From Pyrinomonadaceae bacterium (GTDB lineage Bacteria > Acidobacteriota > Blastocatellia > Pyrinomonadales > Pyrinomonadaceae), in the NCBI GenBank assembly GCA_035248565.1, contig DATFHH010000149.1, positions 2,497 to 66,496 of the forward strand: a DNA stretch of 64,000 bases, in the 5' to 3' direction. A program made the position numbers and the translations under genes. This document shows, in pieces, positions 9,903 through 19,066 of the stretch (its first letter is position 1; every line of letters starts with the position of its first letter). Under the pieces are notes generated by a model. It was not told the origin of the DNA. It did no database searches and was given only the letters and a program-made list of their open reading frames with translations.

Positions 9903-9945
9903 CATCCACAGATTACACCGAAAAATCTGGCGTAATCTGTGGATG
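9903..9945. repeat. Family A element, copy A2 (internally deleted)
   Basis: CATCCACAGATTACACCGAAAAATCTGGCGTAATCTGTGGATG. Outer 14-bp arms are intact and the inner words are degraded. Sits between convergent stops 9900 and 9964. Confidence 0.8.
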
Positions 9946-9963
9946 CTCTAGCTTCCTGATTAC

Positions 9964-12900
9964 CTAGAACTCGAATCGAGCCGCAAACTGCACCTGGCGC
10001 TCGCGGAACAACGTGCTGTCAGCTCCAGTGACATTGCGGAATGGATTGGTTCCCGTGCCGTTAAAGGTCAACGTGGAACCGGACAAGTTATAGAGAGTGC
10101 CGTTAACAATGGTGACTTGAGTGCGGTTGAAAACGTTGAAGCCTTCTGCCAAGACCTCAAGTTTCATCCGTTCATTGAGGCTGAACCGGCGTGAAAGCCG
10201 CGCGTCAAGGTACCAGATGTTGGGTTGCTTGAAGAAGTTTCGCGGCACCAGCGCAAAGCGGTTCGCACCACCGGAACCATTCGCACCTCCGCCCGGAGTC
10301 TGATTGGAGGCGAAACCGAACGACTGCGGATTGATACTGTTGGCAATGTTTCCTGTAAATCGCTGGCCGGAGAACGCATTGAGAATCGGTGCGATGGTCC
10401 AACCGTTGAAAATGTGCTTTGCCGGTCCATCCGCGAACGGATTCGGATTGTAGACCACACTCGCCACAAGTTTCTGCCTGCGATCAAACGCCGAGAGTCC
10501 GCTCTCGCCCGACTGGTTAAAAGCATTGAAGGGTACATTGTTCGCAGTAAACGTTGTCGAGGTTTGACCGTTATCAGAAGCACGAGACAGCGTGTAGTTC
10601 GTCTGGAACTGCAGTCCCTTGGTCAACCGGCGATTCCCTTGCAATACCAACGCATGATACTTCGAATAGACGTCACTGCGGATTTCCGTGATCTGTTGGA
10701 ACGCGGTGTTCGGACGCGGTCCAACAAACAGCGGTGTTAGGTAAGTCTGCCCGGCGAATGGTCCACCAACAATGCTCAATGCAACCGTGCGTCTGGGCAG
10801 CGGCAGATTGGTGTCGACAAAGTTTGGCAACGAATTTCCGAAACTGCCGAGGTATGACGCAGAGACAACCGTGTTTCTCGCAATTTCACGTTCGATGATG
10901 AAATCCCACTGATGAATCTGCGGGAGCTGGAAATTGCTTGCAAAGTACTGCACTGCACCAACCGGCGGATTAGAAGCGGGCAGCAGGTTTGGATAAATCG
11001 GCAATAACGTGCAGTTATCGGCGCTGATGCTACTGCCCGTGCAGGCGGCCGGTAAGTTGCTGTTGCTCGTTGTGAACTGGCGCTGACCTTGATCGGTACC
11101 TACACCTGTATTAACAAGTGCGTTGTAAACCGTGGAGTTGATCACGCGCCCGTAATACAATCCCCAGCCACCGCGAATGCTTGTTTTGCCATCGCCGTTC
11201 AAATCGTAAGCAAAGCCGACGCGCGGTCCAAAGTTATTGCGATCGTCGACCTTGTTGTTTGTCTGCGGCAGCGCCGGATTAACGTTCACAGGATCGGGAT
11301 TGAGCTGGTACTCGTAACGCAGACCAAGATTCAAGGTGAATCTCGGACTGACGCGCCAGTCGTCCTGCACGAAGTAGTTAAAGTCGGTGGTCTTCATGTT
11401 GAGACCGAGAACACCAAATCCCTGGTTGAAGTTGCCGGCATAACACTTACCGACACGTCGCGTTGAGCTGACGCACAACCCGAGATTGCCGTTCGGCGTG
11501 GCCGAGAGCGCACGAATTGCGCCGTTGGTTTGGAAGTTGACGTAGTCGACGATGAAATCGGCGATTCCGGTAGTGGCTCCGGTGTAGTTGAACTCGCCAC
11601 CGGAGAAGCGCAGGTTATTGATGATGTCTTTGACAAAGTTGATGTCACCGCCAAACTTGACCGTGTGATTGCCGGAGGTAAGCGTCACTGTATCCGCAAA
11701 CTGCCAACGCCGTTCATCCGGAAACGCAGCACGCTCGAGGAACTCGGGCATACCAAACGAGAAGGTCGTCGCACCGACGAGAATTGTTTGCGGCGATCTG
11801 CCGCCAATGGCGTTCGTTGGCTCACCCGTGATCGGAGGCTGGCTAAATTGAAACTCGTTGTCGCGTCCCCACTGGAAGCGAAATTCGTTCAGCAGGTTGG
11901 GCGTTAGAGTAGAGGCGAGCTTCGTGTTTAGCGAATCGATCTGAACAAAGTCATCACCAAAATTATCGACCGCTCGTGTATTGGTCGCTTGCGTCTGAAT
12001 ACCTGCCGGCGAGGCCCAGCGCAGACGGTTGTAGCTCACTGTCAAAGTGTTTCTGTCATTCAGAACCCAATCCACTTTTGGTAAGAAGAGCTTTTGGTCG
12101 CCGGTCCTTGGGACCGCACCCGAAAGGCTGGCCAGGAAGCCAAGCGTGCTATCGATCTGTGCATTGGTCAGGCCGCGTGCAATCAGCGCGGTCCGATTGC
12201 TGGAGCTTAGGTTTAGGAAACCATTCTGACCAAACACCGCCAAACCGGGGAAGTTACGTTTCTGTTGATCGTAGCTGAAGAAAAAGAAAGCTTTGTCTTT
12301 TACGATTGGTCCACCGATCGTGCCGCCAAATTGGTGGCGCACGTCTGTCGGTTTGAAGCCTACCGAAGTAAAGATGCCATTGATTAATTCCTGACGGACT
12401 GCCAGTGGATTACGAGCGCCCCACTTGTTGTTGCGTTGATAGTAGAACGCACCACCGTGAAACTCGTTCGTACCACTCTTCGTGATTGCGTTGACCACGC
12501 CGCCCGCCGAACGGCCGTATTCTGCCGAGTAGCTGGAAGTGTTGACCTGAAACTCGCGAATAGCAGCCTGGCTGATGGAGTAGCTGATACGCGTTCGGCC
12601 ACGCTCTTCAGCGAAGAACGCCTGGTTGTTGTCGCCGCCGTCGATTGTGTTGTTGTTCAGCAGGCCGGAAATACCGCGGAAGCTGATCAAGCCAAATGTT
12701 CCATCAGGCACCGCACCTGGCGTCAGCAAGGCGAAGTTTGACCAGCGACGGCCGTTGATCGGCAGCTCGTTGATCGAAGTCTGATTGATGTTGGTTGAAA
12801 AGTCCTGCTGCGTGGTGTTGATGACAGGCGCCTCAGCAGTGACATCCACCTGGCCCGTTACGGGGCCAACCGCTAACGCGACTTCAAGACTTGTTTCGCG

Positions 12901-13203
12901 TCCGATTTCGACGGTCACGTTTTCCGTGGTCATGGGACTAAAACCAGAAGCATTCACGGTCACCGAATAGTTTCCGGGTTGCAGGTTTGCGACCTTGAAA
13001 CGTCCGGTGTCGTCGGTCGTCGCTGAATCTTCTTTATTGGTTCCGGTGTTCTTCACCGAAACTGCAGCGCCCGACACGACCTCTTTGGCAGGATTAGTAA
13101 CAACCCCGCCGATAGCGCCGGTGGTCGTCGACTGCGCAAACGCGACAGCGCTGAGAGCGAGCAATAACAGGCATACACAGAAGAGCTTTATTGCTTTCGA
13201 CAT
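9964..13203 (-). CDS. Oar-like TonB-dependent outer-membrane receptor (CarboxypepD_reg N-domain + plug + barrel), paralog 1
   Basis: Signal peptide. GRFKVANLQPGNYSVTV (carboxypeptidase regulatory-like fold). Plug region INELPINGRRW..ISFRGISG. C-terminal aromatic ..AARFEF. Confidence 0.85.
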   Translation of the reverse strand: MSKAIKLFCVCLLLLALSAVAFAQSTTTGAIGGVVTNPAKEVVSGAAVSVKNTGTNKEDSATTDDTGRFKVANLQPGNYSVTVNASGFSPMTTENVTVEIGRETSLEVALAVGPVTGQVDVTAEAPVINTTQQDFSTNINQTSINELPINGRRWSNFALLTPGAVPDGTFGLISFRGISGLLNNNTIDGGDNNQAFFAEERGRTRISYSISQAAIREFQVNTSSYSAEYGRSAGGVVNAITKSGTNEFHGGAFYYQRNNKWGARNPLAVRQELINGIFTSVGFKPTDVRHQFGGTIGGPIVKDKAFFFFSYDQQKRNFPGLAVFGQNGFLNLSSSNRTALIARGLTNAQIDSTLGFLASLSGAVPRTGDQKLFLPKVDWVLNDRNTLTVSYNRLRWASPAGIQTQATNTRAVDNFGDDFVQIDSLNTKLASTLTPNLLNEFRFQWGRDNEFQFSQPPITGEPTNAIGGRSPQTILVGATTFSFGMPEFLERAAFPDERRWQFADTVTLTSGNHTVKFGGDINFVKDIINNLRFSGGEFNYTGATTGIADFIVDYVNFQTNGAIRALSATPNGNLGLCVSSTRRVGKCYAGNFNQGFGVLGLNMKTTDFNYFVQDDWRVSPRFTLNLGLRYEYQLNPDPVNVNPALPQTNNKVDDRNNFGPRVGFAYDLNGDGKTSIRGGWGLYYGRVINSTVYNALVNTGVGTDQGQRQFTTSNSNLPAACTGSSISADNCTLLPIYPNLLPASNPPVGAVQYFASNFQLPQIHQWDFIIEREIARNTVVSASYLGSFGNSLPNFVDTNLPLPRRTVALSIVGGPFAGQTYLTPLFVGPRPNTAFQQITEIRSDVYSKYHALVLQGNRRLTKGLQFQTNYTLSRASDNGQTSTTFTANNVPFNAFNQSGESGLSAFDRRQKLVASVVYNPNPFADGPAKHIFNGWTIAPILNAFSGQRFTGNIANSINPQSFGFASNQTPGGGANGSGGANRFALVPRNFFKQPNIWYLDARLSRRFSLNERMKLEVLAEGFNVFNRTQVTIVNGTLYNLSGSTLTFNGTGTNPFRNVTGADSTLFRERQVQFAARFEF

Positions 13204-13254
13204 GGGGAACTCCTTATGCGGATGGGTTAATGACTGAATGCGCTCGACGCGCGA

Positions 13255-13283
13255 CTTCTACCACGCTTGGCCAGCTTTAGCAA
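13255..13283 (-). promoter_or_regulatory. putative sigma70-type promoter of receptor paralog 1
   Basis: Minus strand reads TTGCTA-17 nt-TAGAAG. The same architecture and flanking GCGTGrTAGAAGTCGCG are conserved upstream of paralog 2. Confidence 0.5.
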
Positions 13284-13326
13284 GGTTTTATTGGCCGAGG
13301 ATGGCGCCCAAATTTGAGGTTTTCTT

Positions 13327-13378
13327 CATCCACAGATTACACAGATTCTATTAAAACAAATCTGCGTAATCTGTGGAT
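13327..13378. repeat. Family A palindromic element, copy A3
   Basis: CATCCACAGATTACACAGATT, loop ctattaaaaca, then AATCTGCGTAATCTGTGGAT. Lies between the two receptor genes. Confidence 0.9.
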
Positions 13379-13391
13379 ACCGGATCGTTAC

Positions 13392-16300
13392 CTAAAACTC
13401 GAAGCGAACGGCTAATTGAATCTGACGTTCGCGGAAGAAAAAGCCATTCGAAAGGTCACTCGGCGTGCCGAACGTCGGATCGAAAGTCGCAACTACGTTC
13501 GAGCCGGACGTGGAGACCACATACATTCGGTTATTCACACCTGTCACCTGTGTGCGATTGAAAATGTTAAAGCCCTCGGCGAGTAATTCCAACTTCGCGC
13601 TTTCCTTTATCGTAAACCGGCGTGACAGGCGCAAGTCGACATACTTGATGGACGGCGTATGGAAGGCATTGTTTGGCGTTAAGGCGAAACGAAGCGAGCC
13701 GTTCGAACCATTAATGCCGCCTGCCGGACTGGCGCCGAAGACCGAGGAAGTACTAAAACTGTTCGTAACGGCGGTGTAGCGGAATCCTGAATACATATTG
13801 ACGATCGGTGCAATCGTCCATCCATTTAGGATCGCCTTGCCTGTGTTATTCAGACCGTTGAAGTTCGTGTTGTAAACGACACTCGCTACGAACTTATGCC
13901 GGCGATCGAAAGGTGAGAGACCGTTATCTGCCGTCGCGTCGAACGGGTCGAAAAGCGCTGAGAAGCCAGGCGTGAAGGTGGCTGAACTTTGCGATCCGCC
14001 ATTGTCCTGTGCTCTCGACAGCGTGTAGCTACTCTGAAACTGCAAGCCATGTGTCAGACGTCGGTTTGCCTGCAACACGAGGGCGTGATACTTGGTCGAG
14101 ATGCTGTCGCGGATTTCGAGAATATTGCCGAAGTTAGTGTTAGGCCTGGAGCCGCGATAATAAGGAAACACCCAGACGTTACCGGCGAATGGTCCATCGA
14201 GAATACTGATTCTACCCTCGCTGGAGGGGGGATTCAGATTCGTGTCGACGAACGTCGTCAAGTGATTTCCAAAACTGAACAGGTAGCTGGCTGACACTAC
14301 GGTGTTTCGCGCCACTTCGCGCTCAACGATCAGGTCTCCTTGATGGATGAGCGGATTTTGAAAACCATCTCTAAAGTAATTGACTGCCGCTGTTCCCAGA
14401 GGTGCGGAAGACAGAATATTCGGGAAAAGCGGAGCCGCCGGATTTCCTGCGGGGTCGGTAGCATTAGCACTACCGCACAGCGCGGCGGTACAGGCAGCTG
14501 GCACCGAGCTCAGTACCTGTCCGCTGTTAAGGCCGGTGTTGATCAGCGAGTTAATGATGATCGTGCCATTGATTCGGCCGTAGTAAATGCCGTATCCGCC
14601 ACGCAAGCTCGTCTTACCATCGCCACTCAGGTCTGCGGCAAAACCGATACGTGGTCCAAAATTGTTTTTATCACTCGGGCGGTTCCCGGTTTGCGGCAGA
14701 GCGGGATTCACCAGAAAAGGCTCCGGGAACTGTTCATAATCCCAACGCAATCCTAAATTGAGAGTTAGCCGCGGAGTAACGCGCCAATCGTCCTGTGCAA
14801 AGAAGGCCCAATCAGTTGTGTTGAATTGGAAACGCGGTGGGCCAAAGCCCTGTTGGTAATTGGCTGTGTAGCACTTTCCAGCGGTGCGCGTGCTCGTCGC
14901 ACATACTTTGTTCGCCGTTCGCAGGGAACCATTAGTACTGAAGTTTACATAATCAACGATGAAGTCGTTGATGTTGCCATAGGTATAGGCGCCGGCGCCC
15001 GTAAACAGATTTTCATCGATGTCGCGCACGCGGTTAATGTCAGTACCAACTTTGAACGTATGGTTGCCGGTCGAGTACGTAAGACTGTCTGCAAACTGGA
15101 ACCGCCTCTCATCCGGCAACGCAACGCGATCCAGGAAGTTGGCTTTGCCGAACGTTAGTCCGTTTGTCAATGTCACCTGCGGCGAGAAACCGTCTGCTGT
15201 GGTCGGCTCGCCCGGCAGTGGTGGTTGGGCAAACGCGGAGTCAAGCTCATCGGCCCACTGGAAACGAAACTCGTTGATGAGTTTGCTTGTTAGAGTCGAA
15301 GCGAGACGGAGATTGAGCGAGTCGATCTCGACGAAGTCATTACCAAAGCCTGCGCGGTCGCGCGTGACAGTCGCGCCGGTTTGAACTCCAGCGGGTGAAT
15401 TCCAACGCAAACGATTGTACGTGGCACTGAATTGGTGCTTTGAGTTGATGTGCCAATCCAGTTTCGGCAGGAACAGCTTTTGATCGCCTCGCCGTGGCGT
15501 TTCGCCGGTCAGGCTGTTAAGAAAGCCCAACGCGGAATCGATCTGTGTGTTGGTCAAGCCGCGTGCTGCGGCAGTAAGGGTGGTTCGGTTAACTGTATTC
15601 AGGTAACCCGGAGTGCTAAACACTGCGACGCCTGGGAAATTGCGCTTCTGCTGATCGTAGCTGAAGAAGAAGAACAGACTATCTTTGACGATTGGGCCAC
15701 CCACAGTTCCACCAAACTGATAGCGTACATCCTTTGGCTTTAACGCCTCTCTCGTCGAGACTCCGTTGACTAACCGATTTATAAAAGTATTCGGGTTGCG
15801 AGCGCCCCACTTGTTGTTGCGGTCGTAAAGAAAAGCGGAGCCGTGAAACTCATTGGTGCCCGACTTCGTGACGGCGTTGATAACACCGCCCGCCGAACGG
15901 CCATACTCGGCAGCGAAGTTTGAGGTGTTAACCTGAAATTCGCGAATGGCAGCCTGACTGATTGAATACGCACTACGAGTGCGTCCTCTCTCTTCCGAAA
16001 AGAAAGCCTGATTGTTGTCGCCACCGTCTACCGTGCTGTTGTTTAGCAGTCCAGAGATACCGCGAAAACTGATTAAGCCGAAATTACCATCGGGAACAGC
16101 GCTGGGTGTAAGAATTGCAAAATTGGACCACCGGCGCCCATTGACGGGAAGCTCATTGATCGACGTCTGATTAAGGTTGGTGGAAAAGTCTTGCTGAGTG
16201 GTATTGATTACTGGCGCTTCGGCAGTGACATCTACCGTACCTGTAACGGGGCCAACCACGAGCGCAACTTCAAGATTTGTCTCACGTCCGATTTCAACCA

Positions 16301-16589
16301 CGACATTTTCTACGGTGATTGGACTGAAGCCGGATGAGTTTACGGTTACGGAATAATTACCAGGTTGAAGGTTTGCAACCTTGAAACGGCCAGTGTCGTC
16401 AGTCGTGGCGCTGTCTTCTTTATTGGTGCCGATGTTCTTAACACTAACGGCGGCGCCGGGAACAACCTCTTTATTCGGATTACTAACGACCCCTCCGATT
16501 GAACCGGTGGTGGTCGACTGCGCAAAAGCTACCGTGCTAAGAATGAGCACGAACAAACTCACAAAAGAGAGCTTTACTATTCTCCACAT
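13392..16589 (-). CDS. Oar-like TonB-dependent outer-membrane receptor, paralog 2
   Basis: Start set at MWRIVKLSFVSLFVLILSTVAFAQS (ATG 16589, AAGGAG SD). The N-terminal ~150 aa are near-identical to paralog 1. Ends ..AVRFEF. Confidence 0.85.
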   Translation of the reverse strand: MWRIVKLSFVSLFVLILSTVAFAQSTTTGSIGGVVSNPNKEVVPGAAVSVKNIGTNKEDSATTDDTGRFKVANLQPGNYSVTVNSSGFSPITVENVVVEIGRETNLEVALVVGPVTGTVDVTAEAPVINTTQQDFSTNLNQTSINELPVNGRRWSNFAILTPSAVPDGNFGLISFRGISGLLNNSTVDGGDNNQAFFSEERGRTRSAYSISQAAIREFQVNTSNFAAEYGRSAGGVINAVTKSGTNEFHGSAFLYDRNNKWGARNPNTFINRLVNGVSTREALKPKDVRYQFGGTVGGPIVKDSLFFFFSYDQQKRNFPGVAVFSTPGYLNTVNRTTLTAAARGLTNTQIDSALGFLNSLTGETPRRGDQKLFLPKLDWHINSKHQFSATYNRLRWNSPAGVQTGATVTRDRAGFGNDFVEIDSLNLRLASTLTSKLINEFRFQWADELDSAFAQPPLPGEPTTADGFSPQVTLTNGLTFGKANFLDRVALPDERRFQFADSLTYSTGNHTFKVGTDINRVRDIDENLFTGAGAYTYGNINDFIVDYVNFSTNGSLRTANKVCATSTRTAGKCYTANYQQGFGPPRFQFNTTDWAFFAQDDWRVTPRLTLNLGLRWDYEQFPEPFLVNPALPQTGNRPSDKNNFGPRIGFAADLSGDGKTSLRGGYGIYYGRINGTIIINSLINTGLNSGQVLSSVPAACTAALCGSANATDPAGNPAAPLFPNILSSAPLGTAAVNYFRDGFQNPLIHQGDLIVEREVARNTVVSASYLFSFGNHLTTFVDTNLNPPSSEGRISILDGPFAGNVWVFPYYRGSRPNTNFGNILEIRDSISTKYHALVLQANRRLTHGLQFQSSYTLSRAQDNGGSQSSATFTPGFSALFDPFDATADNGLSPFDRRHKFVASVVYNTNFNGLNNTGKAILNGWTIAPIVNMYSGFRYTAVTNSFSTSSVFGASPAGGINGSNGSLRFALTPNNAFHTPSIKYVDLRLSRRFTIKESAKLELLAEGFNIFNRTQVTGVNNRMYVVSTSGSNVVATFDPTFGTPSDLSNGFFFRERQIQLAVRFEF

Positions 16590-16732
16590 ACTTGAGAACT
16601 CCTTAGGCAATGGATTGAACGTTGAACGCACCTCGACCCCTCGGGCTGCGCTGATAATTAGCCAAATTTGAGAGCACCTAAAACAATTCAAGCAGGATTG
16701 TTTACGCGAATGGCCTACTAAGCAAGACGCGA

Positions 16733-16761
16733 CTTCTATCACGCCCAGCTTGCATTCGCAA
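16733..16761 (-). promoter_or_regulatory. putative sigma70-type promoter of receptor paralog 2
   Basis: Minus strand reads TTGCGA-17 nt-TAGAAG followed by TCGCG, homologous to the 13255-13283 promoter. Confidence 0.5.
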
Positions 16762-16950
16762 GTCTAAGTCGTGATTGAACCTATTAAATCTTTATGACGC
16801 ATTATGAGTCGAGTGAAAGCCTGACCGGCCAATTGGCGGTCGAGAAAAACTCGCAAGAGCCGTGCCGGTTAAGATCTCGGGTGTTTCAGCAAGACGGCCG
16901 CCGTGATCCGCACAAGATTTTGGATTTGATCTAAAAATCGGGAGACAAAA

Positions 16951-16973
16951 TTAGCCGCGGATAAACGCGGATA
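16951..16973. repeat. Family C tandem-word element, copy C1
   Basis: TTAGCCGCGGATAAACGCGGATA, 7 nt downstream of the thiolase stop. Confidence 0.8.
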
Positions 16974-16979
16974 GTTTCT

Positions 16980-18161
16980 TCAAACGCGCTCCACGATCAT
17001 CGCGATGCCCTGACCCCCACCGATACACGCAGTCGCCAAACCATAGCGTCCGCCGCGACGATGAAGCTCATGCAACACTGTCAAAACGAGTCGCGTGCCC
17101 GTAGCTCCCAAAGGATGTCCCAGTGCGATAGCGCCGCCGTTAACATTCGTCCGCGCACGATCCAATCCCAACTCTTTCTCAACCGCCAGATACTGCGCCG
17201 CGAAAGCTTCGTTCACTTCCACGAGATCCATATCGCTTAACGATAATCCCGCCCTCGCGAGTGCGGAACGAGTTGCCGGCACCGGGCCAATGCCCATGAT
17301 CTCGGGCTCGACTCCCGCATATGCCCAACTCACAATCCGGCCCATCGGAGTGAGATCTCTCTGCTTCACAAACTCTTCACCCGCGATCACGAGCGCCGCT
17401 GCGCCGTCGACAATTCCCGACGCATTTCCCGCCGTGACAAAACCATCATGAGCAAACGCGGGTTTCAACTTGGCAAGACCTTCGAGTGTCGTTTCAGGTC
17501 TCGGATGATCGTCTTGATCGACTTGAATAGTTCCTTTACGCGTCTTCACTTCAACAGGAACAATCTCTTCAGCAAAGAAGCCTGCGTCTTTCGCACGCTT
17601 CGTCTCCTGCTGCGATCGCAACGCGTACTTGTCCTGCTCTTCGCGTGAGATCTCAAACTTGCGCGCAAGATTTTCCGCAGTGCCGGCCATCGGCGTGTTG
17701 CAGTAGGTATCAAGCAACGCAACCATCAAACTGTCTTCGAGTTTTCCCTGGCCCAACGCAAAACCTGAGCGCGCGCCACGAATGACGTGCGGCGCCTGCG
17801 ACATAGATTCCATGCCGCCAACCAAACACGTTTGCGCTTCGCCGAGCTGAATCATGTGCGCGCCTGACACGATCGACTGAATGCCACTGCCGCAGAGTCG
17901 ATTGACAGTCAGCGCGGGACGATCAAACGGGACGCCTGCTTTCAAAGCAACGTGACGAGCGCCGTAGATCGCGTCGCCCGAGGTCTGTAAGGCATTTCCG
18001 ATAACTGTGTGATCGATCTCGTCGGGGTTAATGTTTGTTGCTTCCAATGCACCACGCGCGGCGACTGCTCCGAGATCGATTGCCGATATATCTTTGAGCA
18101 CGCCGACATACTCGCCCATCGGCGTGCGCTTACCACCTAATATAAAAACGTCTTTACTCAT
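16980..18161 (-). CDS. acetyl-CoA C-acetyltransferase (thiolase II)
   Basis: MSKDVFILGGKRTPMG.., active-site NRLCGSGIQ, C-terminal GHPLGATGTRL and ACIGGGQGIAM. ATG 18161 chosen. Confidence 0.9.
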   Translation of the reverse strand: MSKDVFILGGKRTPMGEYVGVLKDISAIDLGAVAARGALEATNINPDEIDHTVIGNALQTSGDAIYGARHVALKAGVPFDRPALTVNRLCGSGIQSIVSGAHMIQLGEAQTCLVGGMESMSQAPHVIRGARSGFALGQGKLEDSLMVALLDTYCNTPMAGTAENLARKFEISREEQDKYALRSQQETKRAKDAGFFAEEIVPVEVKTRKGTIQVDQDDHPRPETTLEGLAKLKPAFAHDGFVTAGNASGIVDGAAALVIAGEEFVKQRDLTPMGRIVSWAYAGVEPEIMGIGPVPATRSALARAGLSLSDMDLVEVNEAFAAQYLAVEKELGLDRARTNVNGGAIALGHPLGATGTRLVLTVLHELHRRGGRYGLATACIGGGQGIAMIVERV

Positions 18162-18185
18162 CTGAATTCCTCTGTAAGAGATTTT

Positions 18186-18206
18186 GCCACAAAGAGTCGC
18201 AAAGAC
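18186..18206. repeat. Family D half element, copy D4
   Basis: GCCACAAAGAGTCGCAAAGAC, between the RDD-protein stop and the thiolase start. Confidence 0.6.
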
Positions 18207-18211
18207 ATAAA

Positions 18212-19033
18212 TCAAGCACTAAAGCGATGTTCCTGGAGATAGCGGTGCAGCAATTCTTCCAGAAAGCCTTCGTATGTAAACGTGGCTAGATCGTAGGCAG
18301 GTCGAATCTTGTAAAGAATCGGGATGGCAACTCGCCACGCCATCCACTGGCGCGGCACGTCAGATAGATCCCAACGACGGCGCAGAAACGTTTCCACTAC
18401 CTGAATCTCCGACTCCGTCAAACTGCCGAGGCTGGCAGTGAAGTCAACCGGCTTAAAAGATCGACGCAGCGCCGGATCGCTTACCGGTGTTGCAAAGACT
18501 TGCGAGAACTCCGGTGCTTCGGCTTCGCGTTCGCGAACGACAACAGTGCCCGCCACCATGTCGCCGATACGTTGATCGCGATTGGTTACAAACACAGAGA
18601 TCAGCCCGATCGAGTAGAACGGAAACGGCATCATGTCGAAACTGCGAAGCAGATTTCGCACTGACGCTTCCCAAAACGTGATCGGACGTCCATCTTCTCG
18701 AATCACGCGCAACTTCAACCAACGCTTGCCTGGAGTTTGTCCGCTCCAAATCCACTCGAAGAAGGCAAAGTAACCCGAGAACGTCAGAAACAGCAGCAGG
18801 ATCATCACGGCGTAGACCCACTTCGGCGCGCTCGACAGCGACTGTTCTACGGTCGAGTAGTTCGCCACGACCATCGAGGCGATGGCAATCAGCGCCAGCG
18901 ATAGACCTTGAATGGCGTGGTCTATCGCACAGGCGAGAAAGCGGTTGCCGATCGAGGCGAGTGCAAAATGCAGCGGCACGCGCTCGGGCGTCTCGATGAT
19001 CAGAATGTCTTCAGTTGCGACTGTCGCCGACAT
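18212..19033 (-). CDS. RDD family membrane protein
   Basis: N-terminal RDD-type domain (RFLACAIDHAIQ.., multiple TM helices, ..GKRWLKLRVIREDG). C-terminal soluble extension. Confidence 0.7.
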   Translation of the reverse strand: MSATVATEDILIIETPERVPLHFALASIGNRFLACAIDHAIQGLSLALIAIASMVVANYSTVEQSLSSAPKWVYAVMILLLFLTFSGYFAFFEWIWSGQTPGKRWLKLRVIREDGRPITFWEASVRNLLRSFDMMPFPFYSIGLISVFVTNRDQRIGDMVAGTVVVREREAEAPEFSQVFATPVSDPALRRSFKPVDFTASLGSLTESEIQVVETFLRRRWDLSDVPRQWMAWRVAIPILYKIRPAYDLATFTYEGFLEELLHRYLQEHRFSA

Positions 19034-19066
19034 AATCCGTCTTCATCCGCGTCATCCGCGGCTTAC
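19034..19066. repeat. Family C element, copy C2
   Basis: AATCCGTCTTCATCCGCGTCATCCGCGGCTTAC. Contains the tyrS stop and abuts the RDD-protein start codon. Confidence 0.85.

Noticed and set aside
16590-16742. N-terminal extensions of longest ORFs (receptor 2 to 16742, thiolase to 18215, tyrS to 20311, purM to 22901, ADH from 26352, response regulator to 31293, GT1 to 36749 and 41455, wzx to 42579, gltX from 61425, DUF4440-like from 62905).
   Set aside because: The extensions run through repeat elements or neighbouring genes and lack homology-like sequence. Internal ATGs give canonical N-termini (signal peptides, MCGI, MSKDVFILGG, RFAPSPTGYLHIG, and so on).
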